DNA of 64,000 nucleotides from Ruditapes philippinarum (lineage: Eukaryota): contig NW_026862413.1 of the NCBI RefSeq assembly GCF_026571515.1, forward strand, positions 1 through 64,000, read 5' to 3'. This document shows positions 25,670-38,900 of this stretch, piece after piece. The number at the start of each line of letters is the position of its first letter. Positions within the stretch are counted from its first letter, which is position 1. The notes beneath the pieces are model-generated. The model did not search any database. It was not told where the DNA came from and worked only from the letters and a program-made list of their open reading frames with translations. Both the position numbers and the translations under genes were made by a program.

Positions 25670-28600
25670 CCAAGTTTATAGAAAACTTAATTCTATGACA
25701 TTTGGTTAAAAAACACTGCTTGTCATTTCCCTAATTCAGTGCCACTTTGACTATGCCTGCTGTGTCTGGTTTAACTCAGGTCTTGAAAATTAAATTACAG
25801 ACAACACAAAATAAAATGATGAGATTTGTTCTAAACCTTGATTCCAGAGTTCATATTGGCCCTTCCCATTTTAAATCCCTTAATTGGTTACCAGTTTATA
25901 AAAGGGTTGAACAAATCATGTTATGTCACGTTTTTAAGGTTAAAAACCAAATGGCCCCAGAGTACTTAAGTGATTATTTTGTTTCTCAGGAATCTATGCA
26001 TTCTTATTGCACCAGACTGAACAAAAAAGGAGGATATTGTCTTCCTCAGGTTAAAGGTTCCGGGTCAAAGGCTTAGGTTTATTGGTGCTAAACTATGGAA
26101 CAGTCGTCCAACTTGTATAAGCAAATCTTTAGAAAAAATTATACATAAGCATATATTCAATTTCTTTGTTGCTAATAACACAATAACTTCATTACAATCT
26201 GGGTTTGTTCCCAATGACTCAACAACAAATCAACTTGTTTCTATATATAATACATTTTGCAAAGCCCTTGATGATGGAAAAGAAGTGAGAGCTGTCTTTT
26301 GCGATATTTCAAAAGCCTTTGATCGTGTCTGGCATAAAGGTCTCATTTTCAAGCTTCAGTCTGCTGGAATAAATGGTGGGCTTTTTAAACTGGTTTAGTG
26401 ACTATCTCAGTGATAGAAACAAAAGGTGGTTCTTCCAGGCGGTTCCTCTCAACCGTTTTTATTTCAGCCGGAGTTCCTCAAGGGTCCATTCTAGGCCCTC
26501 TTCTCTTTTTAATCTATATAAATGACATTGTTCTTGACATTAACTCATATATCAGACTCTTTGCAGACGATACAAGTTTATATATCATTGTTGATAATCC
26601 ACTTCATGCTGCGGTGACTCTTAATTTCTGATCTGAAAAAAATTACAGAATGGGCAAATGGTTGGCTTGTAGACTTCAATCCAAGTAAAACGGAATCAGT
26701 AATTATCTCTCGTAAAAGTAAACAAACCAATTCATCCCCCATTGACAATGAACGGAGTGCAAATAAATGAAGTGACCTCACACAAACATCTTGGAGTAAC
26801 ATTTTCTAATGATGGAAATTGGCATTCTCACATACAAAATATTACCAAAAAAGCCTGGCAAAGAATTTACATAATGAGATCTTTGAAATTCATTCTTGAT
26901 CGTAAGTCACTTGAAACTGTATATCTCTCTTTCATTCGGCCTCTTCTCGGGACAACATAACTCAACAAGATGAATTTGAACTTGAAAAAATACAACTTGA
27001 AGCCTGCATAATAATAACCGGTACAACAAAACTAGTTTCTATCTCTAATCTTTATGAAGATACTTGCATCCAACCCCTTAAAGTAAGACGCTACAAACAC
27101 AAACAAATACTTCTTTATAAAATGTTTAATAATCTTTCTCCTCATTACCTCTCTTCATTAGTTCCCGATACAGTAGGAGAATCTTCAGATTATAATTTAC
27201 GAAATGCAGACAACACTAGAAATATATTTTGTCACACACAACTTTATTCTCATTCATTTTTGCCATCATCAATTAAAGACTGGAACAATCTTCCTGTTAA
27301 TTACAGAAATTCACCATCCATTTCAATTTTCAAAAAGTAGACTTAATGAAGATGTTCAAAGTGTGTCTTCTCATTATTATGTAGGTGAGAGAAAATACCA
27401 GATTATACACACACGACTTAGAACACATTGTAGTTCACTCAAAGAACATTTGTTTTTCAAAAAACATAATAGAAAGTCCCCTATGTGAATGTGGTGACAT
27501 AGAAAACACATCTCATTATTTCTTCTCGTGTCCAAGGTACCAAGATGAACGAAATGTCCTCCTTAATAATTTAAGTGAAATAACAACTGTCACACTTAAC
27601 GTTTTACTCTATGGTGATAATTCAATTGCTGACGATTTAAATGAAGCAATAGTCCTTCATATACACTCATATTTACACAGAACAAAACGTTTTGAAATGT
27701 AATAGAAAGTTATTTTTCGACTAATATGAAATAGAGATTTAGATGCATAATATCTTCTCAAAGTATATTGTAAACTCGTTCCATCAACTCCATAGTATTT
27801 AAGTGACCATTCCTGTTGTCTTTCTTTTTCTTTCTCTCAAATCTGTCTCTTATTTCCTACCATCTATTACCCAACAATTTCAACAATTAACTAACGTTTC
27901 CATTTTCTTTATTTTTTCTTTAAATTTTTTTTAAAACATGCTTAAAAGTTCTATTATTTTTCTTGAAAAGTTTAAAACGTGCTAATCTGTGCATTTATCA
28001 CTTACGTGTATTTATGCTATAGAACTATAGGGTTTTCTTTCACATTTTTATGTCAATATTCTATTATTAAGGTCGTTTCGATTAGGAAAACCAGAGTGTA
28101 AATTGCTAACTTTCCTGTACATGTAAAGAAGCAAGTTTATAGTGAAAATGTTATGTATATTTAACTCAAAAATGCATATAATTGTTACCATTTTACATAC
28201 TGTTTGAGATAGTGATTACGGAAAGAGTTTTTAAAAAAGCTTTCAAGCTTACTACTCAATCCGTACTATTTATTATTTGTCAATTATCATGTAAATGTAA
28301 TACTTATAAATAAAATATTGTTTAAACTAACTTGTATAACTGAAATTAACAAATTTCATCGTTTTAAGGTAGCCATCAAAAGTCACCTTTTAAGTAGCAT
28401 GTAAGTGTTTTTCTTAAAATTTCTTGCAAGAAAATTTTATTTTTTCATTTTTTATTGAATTATTTTTCGGCTCAGGTTTACTGTTTCATTTTTTGAAATT
28501 TGTTTTAAATTTGTTATTAAGACTTTAAAAACTTTATCTTTTTGAATAGCGTAATCTATGTCATGTTCTTTCCTTACATACTTATAACAACTGTGATATT

Positions 28601-28793
28601 TTTTTAATGTAATATTTTCTTAATTTGCATATAATTATTTCTTAATGTGATACGGACTTTTTATTTACAGTACCTTACATCTTAAATTGTGATAATTTTA
28701 AATGATATCCTTCTTTAATGTGATTTATCTTATAATTTGTGATATATTTTTTTCTTTTATGTAATACCTCTCTATTTCATGCCACCAAATGCT
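25670..28793 (+). mobile_element. 5'-truncated LINE of a different family (RT C-terminus + 3' UTR) hosting the 26121-28328 insertion; 3' end runs into the gap
   Basis: Reads SLIQCHFDYAC, LQTTQNKMMRFVL, LNWLPV. Removing the nested element restores GAKLWNSRPTCITEINKFHRFKVAIKSHLLSSM*. 28690-28793 matches the reverse complement of 43947-44050. Confidence 0.88.
26121..28328 (+). mobile_element. 5'-truncated CR1/L2-group LINE (RT through 3' UTR), frameshifted
   Basis: 11-bp TSD aacttgtataa at 26110-26120 and 28329-28339. Motifs [40 protein letters not shown] and CECGDIENTSHYFFSC. Its 3' end aataaaatattgtttaaac resembles that of the 49653 element. Confidence 0.95.
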
Positions 28794-28983
28794 NNNNNNN
28801 NNNNNNNNNNNNNNNNNNNNNNNNNNNNNNNNNNNNNNNNNNNNNNNNNNNNNNNNNNNNNNNNNNNNNNNNNNNNNNNNNNNNNNNNNNNNNNNNNNNN
28901 NNNNNNNNNNNNNNNNNNNNNNNNNNNNNNNNNNNNNNNNNNNNNNNNNNNNNNNNNNNNNNNNNNNNNNNNNNNNNNNNNNN
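28794..28983. other. Assembly gap (190 N)
   Basis: Run of N. Confidence 1.
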
Positions 28984-29787
28984 AGACACGGCGTGATTGG
29001 ATCAGTCTATTCAAAATACTTGTCGGATAAAATTGGAAAAGTTTTAATTTTTATTGAAATTTATAATATAAAAACGCGTTTTTATGTTAACTGTCGTATT
29101 GTACTACGGGACAAATAATTTGAGCACCTTTGGGTGGCTTAAAATGTTTCATAGTGTGACCCCGAGTCTGTTCCGATAAATGTCTAGCAAAACGAGGCTT
29201 TGGGAAAAATGTTCTAGCACTTAAAAACCTGCAAAAGCTTTATGTGAATCATTATTTATTTAGACATTTTGTATTTCTTATTCACAAATTGGTTCTATCA
29301 GGAAGCGTTCTGGACATAATTATGATTAATCCTGTTAACTGGGTTATTCCTCATGTTTATTAGTTACAACAAAATACTTGTCTTTCACTGGTTGGAGGCA
29401 AGTTTTGTAAAAGATACATGTGGTATCAAATATAGTTTGAACTATTTTGTAAACACTCTCTCTTAAATTACTGAAGAATAAGTGAAGTGTGTCATGTGAC
29501 AAAATGCTGTATATTGATTTCAATATCATGGTAGAATGACCAATATGTTTATAATATATTAGTTATATTCTCTACGAAATAAAATAACTCTGATTTGAGG
29601 AATGCATTCTTTTATCAATTATAAGATTATGAAAGAAATTTGATTTTGAAATATTTGAAAGAAATAAATCGATTAGAATAATTATTAGAATAATACGAAT
29701 AAGTACAAAGGACGTAATAATCTAGAGCAAAACAGTATTAAATTAAATCAACCCATGTTTAAAATTTGTACTATGTTTATACCATGG

Positions 29788-29878
29788 CTTTCCAGTACCG
29801 TCCATGGACAGGCTCAATCAAACCGAGCCTGCAACATTTTCAATTTTGTCGTGTTTAGGGATTCTGTATTCTCTATTT
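29788..29878 (-). other. Unidentified structured element, copy E6 (3' part lost)
   Basis: 29788-29846 differs from 49371-49429 at about one or two positions. Confidence 0.88.
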
Positions 29879-31234
29879 AAACTTTCTCTTAGTAGAGTAT
29901 TGAAACAATTTATTATATTTTATCATAACGATAACAGCTCAGTTAACGTTTCCAGTATCTGATGACAAAAACGTGCTTCACATTTGATTACCGTTAACCC
30001 CTTTAACACATGGTGTTTAAGGCCTATACAAAACGAGCTTGTAAAGTTATGTTAGAACGTTATGTTGTAACGTGAGAAACAAACTTGTAATGTATTTTCT
30101 TTTCTTTTTTGTTGTTGTTGTTATATAATATATAACGAAGTAAAACAAAATTATTAAATGGAGAAACTTCAATTATTTTTTATTTACGTAAGGCCACATT
30201 TCCGAATTTCCGAACTGACAACGATTTCATTACAGCGACAGTATTTGTGGTTAGGACGCTCCTCTTTTATTAATTATTTCAGATCAACGTGGTCTTCGAC
30301 TAGTGACAACTTGCTTAAATGCAACGAAAACCAAAGGCGCTAAAGAACACAGGCATAAGAGTCGAGTACTTAGCGCATTGGTTAGAGAGTGAATTTCTTG
30401 AAGGTGCAACAATCAAATATGCATTATTATTAATAAAAATAAAAATAAAAATAAATATACAACATCGAAATAACATATTTGACCTATCTGGTATTAAACG
30501 CTTAAATTATTTTGATATATCTGCAATTTATTTCAGTTTAATTATAATCATTAATATTTATATATTTTTTTCTGTAAGACACAGAAAGCGGCGCTGTAAA
30601 ATATTTCATATGATACATAATAAAAACAAGATAAGATGTTATACAAGTTGGATAATTTTGATAGTTTTTTCATAATGATTACAAACCATTGAGTATACTT
30701 CAACAGCAATTTACACCATTTTAAGTATCACCTTTTGCCTGAAGTGACACATCTTGAGGCAGTGCATCATCTTGGGATAACTAATTCAATTGCTTTATCT
30801 CATATATTTTGATATCTAATTACTGCATTAGTTTTTTGGTCCCTGCGGCATGGATATTACATATATTATCCATATGTATCTGTTAATTTTATTATCTGCT
30901 GAACTAAAATGATGTTGCTTTCTGAAGTTGCTGTCAACGGAACCAATCTGACAATAAAAATGCACTTACAATTATTCGTTTGCAAGATTACGTTTAACAT
31001 ATCATTTAAGTAAAAAAATGATCTCACAAAGCAACAACACTTACACTGTTATATCAAGAAATTAACAATTTTCAAATTACATAGAAATTATAAATGAATG
31101 TGTCAATTAAATCTTAACAAACTACAACAACAATTTGATCAGATAAAAGCAATCCTAAAAAGTTGTGTATTCAAGGAAGATAAACATTTTGTCGTTCCGT
31201 GCCTATATTTATTGTTTAACACCAATCAAGTCTA

Positions 31235-31400
31235 AAATAGAGAAACTAAGAATCCTTCAAGAAAATCCAACCACAAAAAAAATGAAAATACTGCAGAATC
31301 AGTTTGATTGAGCCTATTCATAGACAGAACTATCAAATGTAAACTAAAGTACACGCCCATAAGCACCGGCTTAAGCAGAATTCAAAACAATTTAAACATG
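31235..31400 (+). other. Unidentified structured element, copy E7
   Basis: aaatagagaaactaagaatcc...gaaaatactgcagaatcagtttgattgagcctattcatagac...cacgcccataagcaccggcttaagcagaattc. Confidence 0.82.
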
Positions 31401-32999
31401 AACATTGTAAAACCTTATAAACTCCTTAGAATAATAAACTAAGGCATGAAAAGACCGTCAAAAGACATAACCAATAATAATTATGTTTGCAATAAAATAT
31501 AGTTTTGTTGATGCGTTTAACATTGCTCTTTACATGGAACTATATGCATTGTCTAGAGCGTAGACTAGTAGTTCTTTTAGGCACTTGATAATCAAGTCTT
31601 CTCGGCAAAATTTACATTGTGTTTAAATACTTTACGGCTAACTGAAGTTCAGATCTTTCAATATTTAACATGTAGATCTGTTCGTAATTACATTTATTTT
31701 GCCAACCGAGTAAGATTCATTTATAAGGCTTTTTAGCAAGCCAACGAATATGCCATTACATACAAGCATTTTTTACAAAATTATTGTCTTGACATCAGTG
31801 AAGTCAGACAAGGCAGAAAAGTATATATTAGGTAGATATTGCCGGCACATTTTCTGTACAAAATTAAATTATATTAACTATTGTTTTTTGGTATACTGTA
31901 GTAGATTCAAGGTTAGTTGATATTATAACACCGCCATTTGCCGTCACACGTAATATCTTAAAATTGTGAAAATCACGTACACATTTTGATTTCAAAAGGT
32001 TAATAGAAACAATGTATACACTGTCAAGAAACTACTGGCGGCCTTTATTCAGAAAAACTGACGGATAACAAGTAAGTGACCCCCTATAAGTGACTGCCAG
32101 ATTCTTAAGCATAGTGGTTATTTATAAGCTGATCTAATCAGACTTAAATAATCAATTTGACCGAAATAATCAATAGTAAATTGTTATGATTTCATTAAAA
32201 CTTAAAAAGGCTGAAAGAAGAGAAATTTGTATATATTTATTAAAGTTCCACAACGCATTATAACTTTCGTTTTAAATTATTTTTTTTAGATAAGCACCAA
32301 GCTTGAAATAATGTTTGCTGTTGATAAAATAATGATATATTACCGGTACACAATATAAGAACATATATTACACTTGATTCAAGTCACCTATGTAGGCATG
32401 TGTATGCTTAATTTCTCAACCTGACAGGAATATGGAGGTTACTTATTAAGATACTACTTCAGAACAACCGGTATATCATAAGAACAATCATAGCTTATTA
32501 TTATCAAACGTGCTTAACCGTATATTCTAGACTAAAATATAATATATGAGAGGTTTAAGTTATCCTAAATTTTGGTTGGCTTACATAATATTATATACAT
32601 GTCTTGAGCTGATTACGCATCCGTACCATCTTTGTGATACATATTATCCCTATACATCCCTATGACTATTCTACTTGTTGCTATTTAGTCTAGCATACCA
32701 AGAAAGTTTGCACTTACCCTCTAAATTGAATTTGTAGAAGCTAACGGAGAAAACACGTCACGATTTAGACTGACTTATCAATAGATTTCAATATATCTTA
32801 AAGTGAAATTGATGTATTACAATTGAAAGGTTATGTTATCCTAATAAGGGATTTGCTTTCACTGAATCGTTTTGAAAAGAACCTGTCGTTTGAAGTAATT
32901 TACAAGTCATGCTACTGCGTTTTTTTATGTAAGATTGTTGCTACTATATTCAGCAGTAGTTTAACGGAAGAAAGACAGTGCTATTTTTATACTATACAT

Positions 33000-34580
33000 T
33001 TAAGAGTTCATGTACACTGTCTGACATGACTCGTCGTAATACCATTTTTGGGATTTCGATAACCCAAGGGTAATTTGTGCAATATTAATTTGTTCATTTA
33101 ATTTATCTTGGAATAATCTTAAATCCTGTTTTGAATTTTCCCTGAGGATGATTTCGAAACAAAACCATAAAATTTCAGTGACAGTGAGTATTTCATAATA
33201 CAAACGATGTTATTTTAATGCAAAACAAAATCACAAGTATTTATTTCTGTCAGTATTAACGTTTTAGTTACTTATATAAGAAACTCTCACGAATGTATGT
33301 GTTGCATTTTCAGTTATTGTTTACCTCGCAATGTCAGTAAACTTATATTTTCTGGTTCTTCATTGAATCGTGTTGTTCTTTCTTAATATCTTAATCTCTT
33401 TCTGCTGCCTTCAAAACAGCTCCGTCATATGCATCTATTATATATCTCGGGGGGGGGGGGGTATTAATTCTGCCAACCCTGTACCATTGAAAAAACGAAA
33501 AGAATATGTTTTACCTTAAGAATTAAAACTCGAAAAAAGAAATCATGATAAATTTAAAACATCTGTTAAATCAAAAATTGTTTCTAAGATATTCTCGTGA
33601 ACAGTTACAGTTACCACTAAATGTCAACTCAAGGATAAAATGCATGCACTTGTACTGACCAGTTGAGAATAGATACCTAATGTAGCATAAATTATATAAC
33701 AAATTGGCAACACCGGACAAATTATTCCTTTTTTACAAATATTTTTAACCTTATATATTATCTTAACTGATACTTTTAACGTTACCCAGTTACTTGAAAA
33801 TTTTAACAACAAACCACGGTGGAAACAAAAAAGAAATAAATGACTATTATAAAGCATAACTTATTGTCATTTCATGTATACAGTAATCGAAAATTGCAAA
33901 CCCATGGTCAACAAATATCTGCTTGCCGATTAAGACATGAATTACATGAGTAGATGTGATATCTTGAAAACAATGTTATTTGGTAGACAAAACACTTTCT
34001 GTAAATCTTATTTAGTCAGACTTGAATTTAAAAAAAAATGTTTAGCTACTTCATTCTAGTATATGAATATGTTCGTAGAAATTTGAGCATTTGTTCTAGA
34101 AGTTTCTAGCATAAAGTTACTTTACAAACAATCTTTAATGTTTTCATAAATTAATGATCAGCTATTTTGTAACCTATTTCCGTCAACGTTTTGTCATTCT
34201 TCTCTTTCACAATATGTTTTACATGTATTAGTGTTTTGGTCTTTCCCCAAACTATATTTTAGTTAAAGCAAGTAAAAAGTCCCCAGTTATTACAAGTTTT
34301 GACATGAACATAAGTACTACTATTATTTTGATTTTGTTTCAGTTGTTTAATGCTGATGTTCATTTAAAGTATATAAAGCTATATATCTGCTTGTAAAAAG
34401 TTATTGTTTGACTTTGAAAAATGATAATTAAAAATTATGTTGGTCTGACTAAATAAGTGTTCTGTTTTACTAAATTACATTGTTTTCAAAATATGATATC
34501 TATTTATGTTATTCGTTTCTTCCAGGCAAAGAGCGAATGGCGAATGTAGCAAAACAGTTAAAACCCTTCAAAAATAGCAA
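33000..34580 (+). repeat. Third partial copy of the duplicated unit
   Basis: 33005-33690 matches 15185-16435 (minus the Kolobok MITE) and 58830-59330. 33720-34580 matches 59340-60290. Confidence 0.9.
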
Positions 34581-34865
34581 GTATTTCTACAGAAAACGTT
34601 TAATATGAAAAACAACGAAGTGATATTTTGAATGGTCCTAATACTACCAACTGTTTTGTTTCCCACATTGATTAAGTACCATTAGGCATATATATGGCTT
34701 TGGCAAAGATTTATCTTTAAAGTTTTATGAAATGGAACAGAATAAAGGGGTCACGTGATCTCATATGTCACTCCCATTACAAAATAAAAACTTTTCACAA
34801 CAAACATATAAATACTTATTATTTCAAAACATTAATTAGATGTGTTGAATAAATACAATTGTATC

Positions 34866-35063
34866 CTAATTCAAACGGAACTTTTGACGCCTTGTATTTC
34901 TTTGCTGTCGACTACTCATTTCACTTATCAGCTTTATATCACCCGTTTCCTTTCTATGCTTATAGCGCTTTTTCTCCTTTGTCAGGTATTCTGCATATTT
35001 TTCAGGATTTTCTTTGAGTCTCTGTCTGTAAAGACAAGATCTTTCTGCCGCAGATAGTGACAT
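34866..35063 (-). pseudogene. N-terminal fragment of a DNA-transposon-associated protein
   Basis: MSLSAAERSCLYRQRLKENPEKYAEYLTKEKKRYKHRKETGDIKLISEMSSRQQR resembles the charged helical N-terminus seen in many invertebrate transposase-like proteins. It is truncated after ~60 aa, and the region is not shared with the paralogous units. Confidence 0.6.
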
Positions 35064-35547
35064 TATATGCCTTTAATTGCTAAAAACTTTTGTACAGTAA
35101 TGTCAGTGTTTCTCTATTTGACGTTATATCGACCACAATATCGCAAACTTCGTTCGCCCCAAACACTCTTTCTTCTGCTGTCGGTCTTTATCTTAAATAA
35201 GCATGCAATGTTTTTAAAGTGTAAATCAACTTTCTTCACATGCATTAAGTTCGTGAAAATAGTTTCTCTTCTGGTCTGGAATACAAAAAAGGTATTAATC
35301 TCTGTACATGTATTCAACATTTACCCTCTACTTATTACCTAAAAATACTATATTTCATAAGTTTATATAAAATACAATATTTCATAAGTTATATATTAAT
35401 CTAACACATTTTATCGGTTATTATTATACATTTCGATTATTAGCGTTATAATAGGATAAACTTAAAATCATTAGTATCTGTAATAATTCAAATGATGAAA
35501 TAAAAATTATGATAATGACGTTCTTCGATAATGATATTTACTCTTAA

Positions 35548-35914
35548 AGATCCTGTAACACAATTTTTTCATGGTTTTATTTCATAAATATAATGCTCAA
35601 ATTAAGATTTGTCAATATTGTAAGTTCCAATAAGCATTATTTATAAAGATATTACCCAATTTAACATTTCATGTAAATAAAGGGAGGTAATTAGAAATAT
35701 ATTTTCTATAAATTCTAAGTCAAATTTTCCAATAAGAAATGAATGCCTGTAATTTATTGATTAAATATAATGTGCACAAATATTTGCAGTACACATTTTA
35801 CATATTCTTCGATGTTTGAAAATTGTTTTATTTGCATAAATATGTACATATATAATTTTTTGCTAGTGTGGTATTCATACAGTAAAAATATCAATCACAA
35901 AACATACAGGATCT
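35548..35914. mobile_element. Second, shorter copy of the Kolobok-type MITE
   Basis: Same TIR and TTAA flanks. 35548-35875 aligns to 15391-15728 and lacks ~15730-15875. Confidence 0.85.
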
Positions 35915-38900
35915 TTAAAAAAAGAAGCCCAAGTCAAAAAAATCTATTTATTGTGGAGAAAAATAGATTTTTGCGTAGTAACAGATGCTTTCATCCCCTT
36001 TTATATTCAGCAGTAAAAAATCAGTTTGCATTAAAAAAAAACAACATTATTATAATATATAACTATCTTCATCATCATTAATGTCATAATACTATTAAAA
36101 AGCAGAACAGAACAAAAGTTAACGTACTATCAATATATTATTAATATACTCAATATATGTACCTTTATAATATAACGTCGAAATAATAACATATAATACA
36201 TAATACATTTGATAATCATTAATAAAGCGTATACTACCGTAATTCAATATCCAATCTTATTATTATACATTATTTGATATACAACTGTCATTTTCCGCTA
36301 CATTTATGTCCCTCCGGACACAAGTTAATATGTTGTGGTAGTGACTGTGGTGGCAGTACCAACTTATCATTTTTTAAGCTTGTCGGTTAACATGATCAGC
36401 TATGCATACTTATTTTCATCAAAACATAGGCGGGTCCGTAAGAGATAAATATTTCATTGGAATGAAAAACGGATATAAAATTACTTTTCATATTACAAAA
36501 ACTACGGTAGTGACGCATTGAAAGAGTTCGTACAAAATAGCAAACCTTCCAACGACCTCTCATCGTCCATAACAGTTCGCATTGTGAACTTCATGAAAAT
36601 AAACGTCATTTTGGTGGGAAAATAATCACGTGGTGTTTGATTGGCGTACAGTTAATAGAGTATTAATTGTATCGTAGCGGAGGTGACACTAATGTACTGG
36701 GACAAACATTAATTGAATTTATTTCTGTACACAGAAATATATGTGCATGTATATCATACTAATTATTCATACACCTATTTTTATTACATTAAACTAGATT
36801 TAAATCAAATTATAAGGATATCAATACTATGATAGACCGGGGAGATACTCATAATGCTAATGATTATTCATATTAAGCATAATGTTTATGTCTAGACGTG
36901 ATAAGAATAAAGTCATTTAAAACATGGTGAGTCTTCAGTAATTAACTGATAACATAAAGCCCCCCCCCCCTAAAAAAAGCGCGCAATTTAACGGTATACA
37001 ATCATAAAGTCATATAATCACACGGAGCGAATATTAAACAAAGCAAAATAAAATATTTTATTTGCTTACAGGGTAAAGAAAATATGCAACAATTATAAGG
37101 ATGAAGAAAGGAAAACTTAATATAAAAAGAGACATACGAGAACAAAAAGATTGATAAGCACAAAATGAGAATTTAGAACGTCTCGGCAGTTTGTGACTGA
37201 TTTTTGACCAATGTTTTATTTCTTGCTGAACTGTCCTCACATAAGTGCGTCCAGTCTATAATGTCCAATTATTTTCCGTTTTTTGTTATTGTTATGTCTA
37301 TGTTCGACAACATTTAAACAAACAACAGACCATACACCAGTTATATTCATTACAATAAAATACAGATAGAAAGAAGTGATATCAGTATAAGTGCATTTTA
37401 AATAAAAAAAATGACGAAACGATACCCAATGCATTATTTTATTTGAAATGTTTATTTTTGTCCTTCCTTTTTTAAATTTTTATTAATGTTTCATTCATTT
37501 TATTATTCTGTTTCCACTGTCAAACGTGAAAAAAGCTATTTAAGCAATGAATAAAGAAAATCTAAATTCACCTTCTCCTAGTGTGAGAGATGTATTACAC
37601 ATATGACACAATACATAAATATGTTTACGAATGTATGCTTACCCTTTAGAGATAAAGTTGAATAAATACATAAATAATTAAATTTTTCTCCTTCACTAGT
37701 ACAGAGTAAGAGGAATGTGTTGTTAATATAGTTGAATTTAATATGGTGATTTTTCTGGTACTGTTGCATTATCTGAAATTAAGTTTGTTCAAAAATGTAA
37801 TGGCCAGAACTCATACCAACTTTCAATTTTTAAATATGTGATGCAAAAAATACTACGCAAAACATCAATGTACATTATACGAAATCGGACGGATCAAGAC
37901 AGAAACAAATATCTCTCTGACAAAAATCACACATTATTTAAATTCCAGACAGCGATGAATGTGTCTTGCAAACATATTAACTACATATTAATCCGGATGT
38001 CCGAAATCTTTCAATAAGGCAATTATATTGATAGTTCTAAGCATATGTTACATAGATTCTTTCATTGAAGAGACCTGCAAAAATGTTTGAAGCGATCACA
38101 CACTCGTACTTTTATATATTCTTTCTCCGAGCGACGTTTATATGTCAATGGTTTAAATGATCTTTCATACAACATAAACAATTTGTTAATTTTGGGATTC
38201 GAACGCTTTAAACTTTCCATAATATTTTAAAACAACTTATTCAGCACTTTTATGCTTCTCACATAAACATAATTATATTAGTATATGAATCTAGGGCATC
38301 ATTACCAAAACGTCCCAGTATGAAGAAAAAAAGAATAAACTTATAAGAGTACGTAAGACCAGAATAGGATTTCAATCAATTGTCGTATTTAAATTTTAAA
38401 ATGAAATAACAAACCATTTCATGGACTTGTTATAAGGTAAGCCTCAGACGTTCACTTTGTACAATGAAAGTATTTATTTTTTATGTTTTTTATATTTATA
38501 AAATATTTAGACTTGATGAAGTTTATTTGACTTTATTATTTTTAGCCTGAACATAAAGAAATACGATCGATTGTGTAGTTAAAATATACAAAAGGCGGGA
38601 AACTAATAACATAACTGTCTTTCTAAGATGTCATCATATTAAACTCATATATAAAACTTTAGACAAAATAAGATTTTTATCAACATGCACTTTAGCTTTT
38701 CAAAACTTTGTTATGTCATGCAAGTGCTTAACATTTGAAAACAATTTTCTAAATATTATCAAAATCTCAATGGGCATTAAAACGAACAATTAAAAACATT
38801 TAAGTTACGGAAAGCCTTACCCTAGGGTGATTAGGACAGTATATTGTTAATTTCAAATCTGTTTAAGAAATGTTCTTATAGCATGTCTTTATTCCCAATA

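Noticed and set aside
28739-29118. ORFs spanning the N run
   Set aside because: Artefacts of the assembly gap.
34511-34552. HDV-like ribozyme suggested by AATGGCGAATG
   Set aside because: No upstream P1, P2 or P3 partners could be found.
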